Positions 36,726-45,800 of a DNA stretch of 64,000 nucleotides are shown here, piece by piece. The DNA is from an uncultured Thermomicrobia bacterium. GTDB lineage: Bacteria; Chloroflexota; Chloroflexia; Thermomicrobiales; JALYUS01. A program made the translations under genes and the position numbers. The first letter of the stretch is position 1. The number at the start of each line of letters is the position of its first letter. Location of the stretch: NCBI GenBank assembly GCA_937968015.1, contig CALBSO010000015.1, forward strand, positions 14,201 through 78,200, written 5' to 3'. Below the pieces are notes generated by a model. The model did no database searches. It saw only the letters and a program-made list of their open reading frames with translations, and was not told the origin of the DNA.

Positions 36726-37179
36726 CGAGTAGCGAGTAACGAGGGTGGAGGGGAGGCGCGGTGTGTCGCAGCGAGCGCAGAGATTTGAAGACGTGATCGC
36801 GTGGCAGAAGGCCAGAGCGCTGACTCGGGAAGTGTATGAGGCGACACAGCATCGTGCATTTGCAAAGGATTATGGACTCACGAGCCAGATGCAGCATGCG
36901 TCGGTCTCCATCATGGCGAATATCGCCGAAGGTTTCGAACGCGGAAAGCCGCGAGAGTATCTACATTTTCTCTCGATTGCGAAGGCGTCATGCGCGGAAG
37001 TCCGCTCACATCTCTACGTCGCCCTGGATACGGGGCATATTGATCAGCCGACCTTCACGCATCTCTCCGATTGCGCAACTGAAATCGGACGCATCATTGC
37101 AGGAGTGCGCATGGCAATCGAGCGCCAGCAGACGGGTTAATCCTTGTCACTTGTTACTCGTTACTCGTTACTCGTTACT
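36714..37179 (+). repeat. Heptamer-palindrome cassette: 30-nt inverted arms enclosing a four-helix-bundle gene
   Basis: Left arm AGTAACGAGTAACGAGTAGCGAGTAACGAG (36714-36743). Right arm CTTGTTACTCGTTACTCGTTACTCGTTACT (37150-37179). As RNA all 30 positions pair (28 Watson-Crick plus 2 G-U). The left arm contains the upstream gene's stop. Confidence 0.85.
36763..37140 (+). CDS. Four-helix-bundle protein (23S rRNA intervening-sequence protein family; Avd-like fold)
   Basis: FEDVIAWQKARALTREVYEATQ...DYGLTSQMQHASVSIMANIAEGFERGKPREYLHFLSIAKASCAEVRSHLYVALDTGHI matches the family pattern. GGAGG SD before GTG 36763. Confidence 0.85.
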   Translation: MSQRAQRFEDVIAWQKARALTREVYEATQHRAFAKDYGLTSQMQHASVSIMANIAEGFERGKPREYLHFLSIAKASCAEVRSHLYVALDTGHIDQPTFTHLSDCATEIGRIIAGVRMAIERQQTG

Positions 37180-37195
37180 TCCCGAAGGGGGCCGA

Positions 37196-38197
37196 ATGCT
37201 CGATTTTGGTATCACCCTCAAGCCAGATATGGCGCCAGAACGCGTGGTGTCGCTGACGCGCCAAGCGGAGGCAGCGGGCTTCGCCTACGGCTGGCTCTTC
37301 GACTCGCACGTCCTCTGGTTGGAGCCATATCCGCTCCTGACGCTGATGGCGCTCAACACGACGCGGATGCGGCTCGGCACCTGCGTGACGAATCCCGCGA
37401 CGCGCGACCCGACCGTGACCGCGAGTGCCCTGGCGACGCTCAACGTGATTTCCGGCGGGCGGATGGACCTCGGCATTGGCCGGGGCGACAGCGCGCGCCG
37501 CGTGATGGGCAAGAAGCCGACGACGCTCGCTACACTGGAGCAGGCGGTGCATATCGTCCGCGACCTCGCGGGCGGGCAGCCCACCGACTACGACGGCGAG
37601 CAGATCCGCATGGCGTGGGCGGCAGGGGACCTGCCTGTCTGGATCGCCGGGTACGGCCCGAAGGCGCTGCACATGGCCGGCCGCGTCGCGGACGGCATCA
37701 TTTTGCAGTTCGCGGATCCGCACCTCATCCGCTGGTGCCTGGGTTTCGCCCGTGAAGGCGCGGAGGCGGCCGGGCGCGATTTCACTACGATCAAGATCAT
37801 GGTCGCCGCGCCCGTCTGGGTTTCGGACGATCTCACGACGGCGCGCGAGCATGTGCGCTGGTTCCCCGCGCTCGTCTCCAACCACGTCATGGACCTGATC
37901 GCGCGCTACGACCCCGCCGCACTGCCTCCCGAATTGACCGCCTATGTCCAGAACCGCGCCGGGTACGACTACCGGCACCACGCCGAAGTCGGCAGCGGCA
38001 ACGCGCAATTCGTCGCGGACGAGGTCGTGGATCGCTTCTGCATCGTCGGCCCCGTCGCGGAGCACCACCGGCGGCTGCAAGAGTTGGCCAACCTCGGCGT
38101 CCATCAGTTCAATATCTACCTGATGAGCGGCGACGAAGAAGCGACGCTCGATGTCTATGGGCGGGAGGTCATCCCGTCTTTCACGGGGATTGCCTGA
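37196..38197 (+). CDS. Luciferase-like (LLM class) oxidoreductase, probably F420-dependent
   Basis: MLDFGITLKPDMAPERVVSLTRQAEAAGFAYGWLFDSHVLW...LGTCVTNPATRDP...MDLGIGRGDSA. Confidence 0.82.
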   Translation: MLDFGITLKPDMAPERVVSLTRQAEAAGFAYGWLFDSHVLWLEPYPLLTLMALNTTRMRLGTCVTNPATRDPTVTASALATLNVISGGRMDLGIGRGDSARRVMGKKPTTLATLEQAVHIVRDLAGGQPTDYDGEQIRMAWAAGDLPVWIAGYGPKALHMAGRVADGIILQFADPHLIRWCLGFAREGAEAAGRDFTTIKIMVAAPVWVSDDLTTAREHVRWFPALVSNHVMDLIARYDPAALPPELTAYVQNRAGYDYRHHAEVGSGNAQFVADEVVDRFCIVGPVAEHHRRLQELANLGVHQFNIYLMSGDEEATLDVYGREVIPSFTGIA

Positions 38198-38217
38198 AAC
38201 ACCAAGGAGGGAGCCCG

Positions 38218-39615
38218 ATGCGTACGGTGATCAAGGGCGGCACGGTCGTGACAGCGAGCGACACCTACACGGCGGATGTATTGATCGAGGACGAGCAGAT
38301 CGCCGCGATTGGCCGCGATTTGTCCGGCGACGTGGCGATTGACGCGGGCGGCGCGTATGTCATCCCCGGCGGGATTGATGTGCATACGCATTTGGAGATG
38401 CCCTTCGGCGGCACCGTCTCGTCGGACGATTTCTTCACCGGCCACCGAGCGGCGGCGTTCGGCGGCACGACGATGCACATAGATTTCGCCATCCAGCCGA
38501 AGGGCGCGACGCTGCGCGAGACCTTCGATCTCTGGTCCGTCAAGGCGCGCGGCAAGGCGGCGATTGACTACGGGTTTCACCTCGCCATCACGGATTTACC
38601 CGACAGCGTGATGGAGGAAATCCCGCAGTGTGCTGACTGGGGCATCACGAGCCTCAAGCTCTTCATGGCCTACAAGGGCGCGCTGATGGTGGACGATGGC
38701 ACGCTTTTCCGCGCGCTCGAACAAGGGGCGGCGCACGGGCTGCTCACTCTCGTCCACGCCGAGAATGGCGACGCGATTGACGTGCTCGTCACGCAGGCCA
38801 TCGCTGCCGGGAACCGCGCGCCGAAATATCACGCCCTCACCCGCCCCCCAGCACTCGAAGCGGAGGCGACAAATCGCGCCATCCGCCTCGCGGAAGTGGC
38901 GGGCGCGCCTTTATATGTCGTTCATGTCTCGTGCGAGGGCGCGCTGGAGGCGGTGCAAATGGCGCGGCGGCGCGGGCTGCCAGTCTACGGCGAGACGTGC
39001 GTACAGTACTTCTTCTTCACAAAGGACGACCTCGCCCGCCCCGGCTTCGAGGGCGCGAAGTACGTCTGCTCGCCGCCCTTTCGCGAGCAGCGCGACCAGC
39101 AGGCGCTCTGGCGCGGCGTCGCGGAAGACGGCTTGCAGGTCATTTCTACTGACCACTGCCCCTTCTGGTACGAGGGCGGCACTGGCGGGCGGAGTGGTGG
39201 CAAGGAACTGGGCAAGGAGGATTTCGCGAAGATCCCCAACGGCTGCCCCGGCATCGAGGACCGGCTGATGGTCCTCTACACCCACGGCGTGCGCGGTGGC
39301 CGGTTCTCGCTCAATCGCTGGGTCGCACTCTGCTGCACGAACCCCGCCAAACTGTTCGGCATGTACCCACAAAAGGGCGCGATCGCCCCCGGCAGCGACG
39401 CCGATCTCGTCATCTGGGACCCGAACGCGACGCGCACGCTCTCCGCCGCCAGCCAACATCAGCGCACCGATTACAACCTCTACGAGGGAATGGAGGTAGC
39501 GGGCGTGCCGCGCGTCGTCCTGTCGCGCGGGCGCGTGCTGGTCGAAGATGGTGCATGGCAGGGCGAGCAGGGTGCGGGCCGCTTCGTGCCGCGTACGCGG
39601 TTCGCGGGGGCCTGA
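38218..39615 (+). CDS. Dihydropyrimidinase / D-hydantoinase
   Basis: MRTVIKGGTVVTASDTYTADVLIEDEQIAAIG...IPGGIDVHTHLEMPFGGT...SLKLFMAYKGALMVDD...STDHCPF. Confidence 0.92.
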   Translation: MRTVIKGGTVVTASDTYTADVLIEDEQIAAIGRDLSGDVAIDAGGAYVIPGGIDVHTHLEMPFGGTVSSDDFFTGHRAAAFGGTTMHIDFAIQPKGATLRETFDLWSVKARGKAAIDYGFHLAITDLPDSVMEEIPQCADWGITSLKLFMAYKGALMVDDGTLFRALEQGAAHGLLTLVHAENGDAIDVLVTQAIAAGNRAPKYHALTRPPALEAEATNRAIRLAEVAGAPLYVVHVSCEGALEAVQMARRRGLPVYGETCVQYFFFTKDDLARPGFEGAKYVCSPPFREQRDQQALWRGVAEDGLQVISTDHCPFWYEGGTGGRSGGKELGKEDFAKIPNGCPGIEDRLMVLYTHGVRGGRFSLNRWVALCCTNPAKLFGMYPQKGAIAPGSDADLVIWDPNATRTLSAASQHQRTDYNLYEGMEVAGVPRVVLSRGRVLVEDGAWQGEQGAGRFVPRTRFAGA

Positions 39616-39622
39616 TTCCCCC

Positions 39623-41569
39623 TTACCCCACATGCACCGCCGGGCGTCGCGCCGGGTTCGGTTCCGCCTCGCGTAGCACTTCGCGGGTGATGGGCGCGAT
39701 GTCGCCGTCGCCGAAGAGGAAGAAACGGCCGAGATAGATGACCGGATTCCCCTCGCCCCAACCGAAGTAGACATCGGGGATGATGCCCGTGGTGTCGCGC
39801 ACATACAAAAGGAAGGCGGCAATCGCGTTGGCAATCGCGGCACTCTCGACCCGCAGTACACGATAGCCGCCAACTTCCGCGCCATGCACCAGCAACTCCG
39901 GCGCGAACTCCGACGCGTCCCGGATCGTCACTTCAAGGAAGAGCACCGGGTCATCGGGCGGGATATGATTGTCCTCCCGCTGCTCCTTCTCCTTCTCGAA
40001 GTACTTGCCGATGTCGCGCGCGTCCGGCTGATTGGCGATAAAGCGGATCGCGCCGTCACGCGCCGCTTCCTCGAGGAAGCGGCGCGCCGTTTCATCGAGG
40101 ACAATCTCCGTCGCCCGCAGTTCCGTCGAGCGCCGCACGCGGGAGACGAACGACGTGACGATGATCGCGCCGATGAAGAAGGAGGCGATCTTCATGCCTT
40201 CCGGGCGCTCGAAGACATTGACGACCGTCGTGTATGCGAAGACGAGGGCGATCGCCACAAAGGCGATCGAGAGCGGTCGGCTCTTCAGCCGCCGGACGGA
40301 GAGCGCCACCGCGACCGCCGCGGAGGTGATGAGCACGAGCACGCCGGTCGCGTACGCGCCGCCTTGCTTATTGACGTCGGCGCGAAAAAGCAGTGTGACC
40401 GCAAAGGCGATCGCGGTGAAGACGAGGACGAGCGGGCGCGTCGCGCGCGTCCAGTCCGGCGCCATGCCGTAGCGCGGCAGGTAGCGCGGCACGATGTTGA
40501 GCAGCCCCGCCATCGCCGACGCGCCCGCGAACCAGAGGATGAGGATCGTGCTGATGTCATAGAGCGTGCCGAAGCCACCGCCGAGATATTGGTGGGCGAG
40601 AAACGCGAGGGCGCGCCCGTTCGCCTGACCGCCCTCCTTGAACTGATCCGCCGGGATCAGCACCGTCGTCGCGAAACTGGTGGTGATGAGGAAAATGCTC
40701 ATGATGACCGCCGCCGTGACGAGCAGTTTGCGCGTGTTCTGGATACGGCCCTCGGGATGGGCTGAATCGTCGGTGGCGCCACCGCGCACCAGTGGCATCA
40801 CCGCGACGCCCGTCTCGAACCCGGAGAGGCCGAGGGCGAGCCGAGGGAAGAGGACGAGCGAGATCGCGACCATCGCGAGTGGGTTGCCGTGGCTCGCAAA
40901 GAGCGCGTGCTGCCAGTCATGGGCGACACCCGGATGCGCGAAGATGACGCGGAAACTGGCAACGACGACGACGCAATTGAGGAGCAGATAGATGGCGACG
41001 AGGCCGACAGCGAGGGAGATCGCCTCGCCAAACCCCTTGAGAAAGACCGCGCCGAGCAGCGCGACGAGAAAGAGCGTGATCGCGATCCGCTGACCGTGGA
41101 TGAATCCCGGCACGAACGGATTCTCAATCGCGTGCGCGCTCGCATCGGCGGCGGAGAGTGTGATCGTGATGATGAAGTCGGTCGCGACGAAGCCGAGCAG
41201 GCAGAGGACGAAGAGTTTTCCCTTCCACCAACTGAGCACGCGTTCGAGCATCGCGATCGAACCCTCGCCGTGCGGGCTTTCCGCCGCGACGCGGCGATAG
41301 ATCGGCAGCGCGCCGACGAGCGTCACGAGCACGAGAATCAGCGTGGCGACCGGCGCGAGCAGGCCCGCCGCCAGCGCCGCGATCCCCGGCTGATAGCCGA
41401 GGGTGGAGAAATAGTCCACGCCGGTGAGACACATCACTTGCCACCACGGATGCGTATGATGCTCCACATGACGGACGTGGGGGCCTTCCGCTTGCCGGAC
41501 GTGCCCCTGCAACAGCCATTCCTTGAATCGCCCGTTCGTCTGCTCGGATAGGACTTGCGCCGTTGCCAC
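39623..41569 (-). CDS. Polytopic membrane transporter (APC-superfamily-like) with cytoplasmic C-terminal domain
   Basis: GTG start with [29 protein letters not shown]..., many hydrophobic segments, then a roughly 190-aa soluble tail. Substrate unknown. Confidence 0.7.
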   Translation of the reverse strand: MATAQVLSEQTNGRFKEWLLQGHVRQAEGPHVRHVEHHTHPWWQVMCLTGVDYFSTLGYQPGIAALAAGLLAPVATLILVLVTLVGALPIYRRVAAESPHGEGSIAMLERVLSWWKGKLFVLCLLGFVATDFIITITLSAADASAHAIENPFVPGFIHGQRIAITLFLVALLGAVFLKGFGEAISLAVGLVAIYLLLNCVVVVASFRVIFAHPGVAHDWQHALFASHGNPLAMVAISLVLFPRLALGLSGFETGVAVMPLVRGGATDDSAHPEGRIQNTRKLLVTAAVIMSIFLITTSFATTVLIPADQFKEGGQANGRALAFLAHQYLGGGFGTLYDISTILILWFAGASAMAGLLNIVPRYLPRYGMAPDWTRATRPLVLVFTAIAFAVTLLFRADVNKQGGAYATGVLVLITSAAVAVALSVRRLKSRPLSIAFVAIALVFAYTTVVNVFERPEGMKIASFFIGAIIVTSFVSRVRRSTELRATEIVLDETARRFLEEAARDGAIRFIANQPDARDIGKYFEKEKEQREDNHIPPDDPVLFLEVTIRDASEFAPELLVHGAEVGGYRVLRVESAAIANAIAAFLLYVRDTTGIIPDVYFGWGEGNPVIYLGRFFLFGDGDIAPITREVLREAEPNPARRPAVHVG

Positions 41570-41667
41570 CCGTCTTGCCTCCGGCGATGCGTAGCATTAT
41601 GGCGCAACGCGCCGTGATGCTCCCTTTGCACGCATGATGCCAGAATCGGCGTGCCACGCCCGTGCGG

Positions 41668-43041
41668 TCAGGCGGCGGAGTCTGCCAGATGACCGGCGGC
41701 GCTGAGAGCGAGACCGGTGACGACCGAGGTGAAGGCGTCCTGGAAGCGGAGTTTGTCGGCGCCAAACATGTCGGTGAGGAGGCGCTGGAAGCGGGGAATG
41801 GCGGAGGAGCCGCCGGTGCGGACGACCGCGTCTATCTGGCCCGGTTCGAGCGCGGCTGCGGCGAGCGCGCCGTCAATGCAGCGCCCTGCCTGTCGCACGC
41901 GCGTTTCGATCAGCGCCTCGAACTCGCGGCGCGGCAGCGGCTCGTCAATCGCGATGGCGTCAGCGCCGTAACCGATCCGCTCGATCTCGCGGGCCGAGAG
42001 GCCGATCTTCACCCGCTCGATCTCGCGGAAGAGCGACCAGCCGTGATTGCCGCGCGCGAGCGACCGCAGGGCCTGTGCCTGGCGCCGCGCGCGCCCCACC
42101 GTCTCCCGCTCCAGGTTCTCCAGAAAGGCGACGGTGCGCGGCTCGTTGAGGTCGGGGATCGTGTACCAGCGGCGGATCGAATCGAGGATATGATTCGGCA
42201 TCGGCAACTGCTGCGCGCCCCAGCGTAGGTCCTCCCCGAAGTACTTCAAGAGCCGTCCGTCCATAATCTCCTCGTCGAGGGTATTGCCACCGAGGAGGAT
42301 GCCGGCAGTCGAGAGGACGGTGCGCTCGTCGCCGCCGATCCGCATCACCGTTACGTCGAGTGTGCCGCCGCCGAAGTCGAAGACGAGGACGTTGCGCGGC
42401 GCGGGCAGGGTGGCGGCGAAGTGCAGCCCGGCAGCGATCGGCTCAGGGACGAAATGAAACTCCACGAACCCGGCCGCCCTGAGCGCCGTCTCCATCCGCC
42501 CGAGCGCCCGCGCGTCCCCCTTCGGGTCGTTCTCCGCCCAGTGGACCGGCCGCCCGACGGTCGCCCGCGTGATTGGCTGCCCCACCTCCTCCTCGGCGCG
42601 CAGGCGCATCTCGCGCATGATCGTCGCGATTAAGTCCTCCATCGTGTAGTAGCGCCCGAAGACATTCGTGCCCCGGAAGCCACGGTCGGCGAGGAACCGC
42701 TTGAGTGACTGGAAGAAGCGCCCCGGCTGGCTGACGTCCACCTCGCTCCAGACCTCCTGCGGGCCGAGGCCGGAGGTATCGGTGTCTATATACTGGCCCG
42801 TCGTCTGTCGCTTGCGAACGATCCGCCGCCCCGCCTCCGCTGCCACATAGGCCTCGATTGCCTCGTAGCCGATCCGCGCCGTGCCATCGCGCGTGAGATA
42901 GAGCACTGTCGGGATCTGCGTCGCGTGCGGTGATGTGCGATCGAGATGGAGCAATCGCGCCGCACCTTCGCCCGGCTCGGCCACGGCGATTGCCGAGTTC
43001 GAAGTGCCAAAGTCGAAACCAATCGCCAGGTCGCGCGCCAC
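41668..43041 (-). CDS. Hsp70-family (actin-fold ATPase) protein, NBD-only type
   Basis: LAIGFDFGTSNSAIAV (phosphate-1), VLVFDFGGGTLDVTVM (phosphate-2), VRTGGSSAIPRF (adenosine motif). GTG start with GGAGGGGG SD. Confidence 0.85.
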   Translation of the reverse strand: MARDLAIGFDFGTSNSAIAVAEPGEGAARLLHLDRTSPHATQIPTVLYLTRDGTARIGYEAIEAYVAAEAGRRIVRKRQTTGQYIDTDTSGLGPQEVWSEVDVSQPGRFFQSLKRFLADRGFRGTNVFGRYYTMEDLIATIMREMRLRAEEEVGQPITRATVGRPVHWAENDPKGDARALGRMETALRAAGFVEFHFVPEPIAAGLHFAATLPAPRNVLVFDFGGGTLDVTVMRIGGDERTVLSTAGILLGGNTLDEEIMDGRLLKYFGEDLRWGAQQLPMPNHILDSIRRWYTIPDLNEPRTVAFLENLERETVGRARRQAQALRSLARGNHGWSLFREIERVKIGLSAREIERIGYGADAIAIDEPLPRREFEALIETRVRQAGRCIDGALAAAALEPGQIDAVVRTGGSSAIPRFQRLLTDMFGADKLRFQDAFTSVVTGLALSAAGHLADSAA

Positions 43042-43243
43042 GAACCCCCTCCGTCCATCACACCGTCCGCATCATCGCTCGCGTCGCCGGCTGCGCCGAG
43101 CGGTCAGGAGTGTCGGATCATCGCCGAATATTCTCGGATGTCAAGTCCGTGCGCTCCTCGCGGCGCTGGGAACGTCAAAGGAGGCAAGGTGTTAAGATGG
43201 CATAGGAAGCCCGATCGCGGAACATCACGACCATGGAGGAGAA

Positions 43244-43597
43244 ATGAACTACTTTCGCATTTACGCCGGCCCCGATGGCGAAAGCCACTTTGAAGATGGG
43301 GAGATCGCGCTGAGCGGACAGCCCGGCGGCTCGGAGTATTCCGCCCTCCATCCGGCCACGGGCGTGATCTTCCGCCGCAGCCCCGCCGATCAGTTCCTGG
43401 ACTGGCATCCCGCGCCGCGCCGCCAGTTCGTCATCACGCTCTCCGGCGAGGCGGAAGTGGAAGCGAGCGACGGCGAGGTGCGCCAGATCGGGCCCGGCAC
43501 GATTATGCTGGCCGACGACCTCACCGGCAAAGGTCACATCACGCGTGGCCGGGGCGCTGAGGAACGCATCTCCCTCTTTATCCCCTTGCCCGATTGA
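43244..43597 (+). CDS. Small cupin-like protein
   Basis: 117 aa, GGAGGAG SD. WHPAPRRQFVITLSGEAEVEASDGEVRQIGPGTIMLADD resembles a cupin beta-barrel core. Confidence 0.6.
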   Translation: MNYFRIYAGPDGESHFEDGEIALSGQPGGSEYSALHPATGVIFRRSPADQFLDWHPAPRRQFVITLSGEAEVEASDGEVRQIGPGTIMLADDLTGKGHITRGRGAEERISLFIPLPD

Positions 43598-43766
43598 CGT
43601 TGCTCTCGATGAAGTCCAGCATGCGTGCCCAGGCATCCCTGCATGCGTCCTGATGCTCCGCGAATCGCCGGTCGAAGAAACTGTGCGGCGCGCCCTCGTA
43701 CGTCGTGAATGCGTGCGGCTTGCCCGCCGCAGTCAGCGCCTCGTCGAACGCATCCACCGCACTCTC
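43578..43766 (-). pseudogene. Dienelactone hydrolase-family C-terminal remnant (5'-truncated)
   Basis: Only the last ~60 aa look homologous: VDAFDEALTAAGKPHAFTTYEGAPHSFFDRR...ACRDAWARMLDFI. There is no room for the N-terminal ~170 aa before the neighbouring gene. Confidence 0.5.
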
Positions 43767-43948
43767 TCCTCTCTGCGGTTGACGAGCACTGGCAGCCACT
43801 GGCTGCTCTCCCAGGGAGCAGCAACGAGTTTCCCAGCCGGTACGCTGATCGCAGTAAACACGGAGCGCCTGCGGATCGCAACAGGTACGTACAGTGAGGG
43901 ACGCGTCCGACAATGAGAATTCTCGTCTCTGTGTTGGCGCGACAGCGA

Positions 43949-44641
43949 TTACAAGTGGCGCAACGTCGCGGCGATCGCCGCGAACTCTCCGCCCGCATCG
44001 AGCGCCTGGCGAAAGCGTCCGTCCTGGCTCTCCAGGTGCTCCGCAAGCCTCAACGCTTCCTGCACCCGCGCCGCCGGGACGACGACGATACCCGTCAGAT
44101 CGGCGATGACATAGTCGCCGTGTGAGACGCTGATTCCGCCCAGGCGCACGGTCTCGTTGATACTGACGACCTGTGCCCGCTGCTTGCCCGATACTGGCGT
44201 GACATGCCGACTCGCGACAAAGAGCGCGATTGGCCGGATCTCCTCGATGTCGCGGCAGCCGCCATCAATCACGACGCCCGCGATCCCGCGCGCCGTCGCC
44301 GCCTGTGCCGCCAGCCCGCCGAGCGTCGAGACGGCGGCGCCGCCCATATCAATGACGAGCACGTCATCCGTCGCCCCTGCCTGCAGTATCCTGCCGACCG
44401 CGAACTCCTCGACGGGATAGGCGCCGAGCGGCCGCACATCCTCGTGCACCGTCACTGCTCGCCCGGCGATCCGTTCCGACCCGGTACGCGGCGTAATCCC
44501 TTCGACCACTCCACGAATGCCTAATTGATCGAGCGCGTCACTCCAGGTACTGGTGGCGATGCGCCGACAGCGCGCAAGCACAGGATCGTCGCTTGCTGAC
44601 GATTGACCCGGCGCTCTCTCGGGATTATCGCGATGGTCCAT
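43949..44641 (-). CDS. RraA-family protein (HMG/CHA aldolase-like)
   Basis: STWSDALDQLGIRG..., LGGLAAQAATARGIAGVVIDGGCRDIEEI. Confidence 0.82.
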   Translation of the reverse strand: MDHRDNPERAPGQSSASDDPVLARCRRIATSTWSDALDQLGIRGVVEGITPRTGSERIAGRAVTVHEDVRPLGAYPVEEFAVGRILQAGATDDVLVIDMGGAAVSTLGGLAAQAATARGIAGVVIDGGCRDIEEIRPIALFVASRHVTPVSGKQRAQVVSINETVRLGGISVSHGDYVIADLTGIVVVPAARVQEALRLAEHLESQDGRFRQALDAGGEFAAIAATLRHL

Positions 44642-44668
44642 TCATGTACCTCCTTCTCACGAGCGCGC

Positions 44669-44956
44669 TCACGCCACGGGCAGGCGCACGAGCGCGGCGC
44701 ACAGGGCGTCGAGCGCGGTGCGGGGGTCGTCACCGCGCCCGATATGGACCGGCGAGGTCTGGATCACGGCGCTCCGCGGCGCGGTGAGCCAGTGGAAGCG
44801 CTCCGATGACGGCAACCGGGCGATCGGCCCGCCCTCCGCCCTCCCCTCGCAGATGACAACGAACGCGTCCAGATGGCGCTCGATCGTTGCCACATCGAGG
44901 TCCGGCGCGAAGGCGCGTAGTCGCGGGCGATCAAGCGCGATACATACCGCCGTCAC
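44669..44956 (-). CDS. Hypothetical protein (95 aa)
   Basis: ATGA overlap with the upstream ArsR-family gene stop. No recognisable domain. Confidence 0.45.
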   Translation of the reverse strand: MTAVCIALDRPRLRAFAPDLDVATIERHLDAFVVICEGRAEGGPIARLPSSERFHWLTAPRSAVIQTSPVHIGRGDDPRTALDALCAALVRLPVA

Positions 44957-45654
44957 CGCAAGGATTCGGCGGCGGTGCGCCGATTAACGCGGTGCGCGAT
45001 CCGCCAGCGCACGCCCTCTTCGCCGACGAGGCGGACGAGTTCTTCCCCTCCGTGCGGCTGCCGGTCGCCGTCCACGAGCCAGTAGACCCCGCTCTCACGC
45101 TCCATCCAGCCACCGTTGATCAACTCGCGGCGCAGCGTCGCATAATCCTCGTGATGCCGCCTGATGATCTCGTTGACTTCCTTCTCTGCGTACCGCCTGC
45201 CGACCGCAAAGCGGCCCGCGAGCCAGTTCAGGATGACATCGCGCTTCTTGCGGCTCATCGGGATTTGCTTCAGGCGCTCGCCCTCGAACGACTGTCGCAG
45301 CACCTTCCGCTCCCATGCGTCGCCCTCGACATCGTCCACGAGCGAGGCGATCCGCTCCGGTGTCAGAATCTCCCTGCTCATCTGCCGCAGGATGTTGACA
45401 TCGAGGCGATAGAGATGCGCCGTTCCCTCCGCACGCATCTGCACCAGCCCGGCGTCGCGGAGTTTGGCGAGATGATGCGAGACGGTCGGCGCTTTTAACC
45501 GAAGCGCATCAGCGAGTTCGTCCACACTCCGCTCCCCATTCGCCAGCAGCCCGACGATCTTCAGCCTGCTCTCATCCGCCAGCGCGCGAAAAAACTGCAA
45601 AGCGATCTGCTGCTCCTCGTCACCCATCGCCAGCCCCCGTTCGTCATTCGCCAC
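44953..45654 (-). CDS. ArsR/SmtB-family transcriptional regulator fused to a DUF2087-like C-terminal domain
   Basis: FFRALADESRLKIVGLLANGERSVDELADALRLKAPTVSHHLAKLRDAGLV. Alternative start is ATG 45627. Confidence 0.82.
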   Translation of the reverse strand: MANDERGLAMGDEEQQIALQFFRALADESRLKIVGLLANGERSVDELADALRLKAPTVSHHLAKLRDAGLVQMRAEGTAHLYRLDVNILRQMSREILTPERIASLVDDVEGDAWERKVLRQSFEGERLKQIPMSRKKRDVILNWLAGRFAVGRRYAEKEVNEIIRRHHEDYATLRRELINGGWMERESGVYWLVDGDRQPHGGEELVRLVGEEGVRWRIAHRVNRRTAAESLR

Positions 45655-45655
45655 C

Positions 45656-45668
45656 TATTCGACGAATA
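45656..45668. promoter_or_regulatory. Perfect 13-bp palindrome TATTCGaCGAATA (candidate ArsR-type operator)
   Basis: Lies in the divergent region between the ArsR-family gene and the DUF885 gene. An extra CGAATA half-site is at 45686-45691. Confidence 0.4.
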
Positions 45669-45800
45669 TCTATTTAGAAGTTTATCGAATAAGATTGATG
45701 GTGTCAAGCGATCCGCGGCGCTTCTTTGGAGCAGGCGTGGGCGGTATGATGCCTGGCGATGGAGAAACGGCAATGGAATGGGGACAGGGGTGAGGACCGC

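Noticed and set aside
36763-37140. The four-helix-bundle gene as the Avd component of a diversity-generating retroelement.
   Set aside because: No reverse transcriptase gene and no template/variable repeat pair are visible anywhere in the window. The gene is isolated within a palindrome.
36836-37195. 5' extensions of track ORFs that overlap upstream features: 36836-37195 (LLM gene), 50817-51092 (kimA-2), 57322-57609 (DUF5519-like) and 16576-16656 (mlrC-2).
   Set aside because: The extensions run through repeats or neighbouring genes, are compositionally junk-like, and each has an internal start with a good SD where family homology begins.
43534-44046. A 170-aa minus-strand ORF overlapping the dienelactone-hydrolase remnant and the RraA-like gene end.
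   Set aside because: It has no motifs. It overlaps a better-supported gene and the remnant frame, so it is likely spurious.
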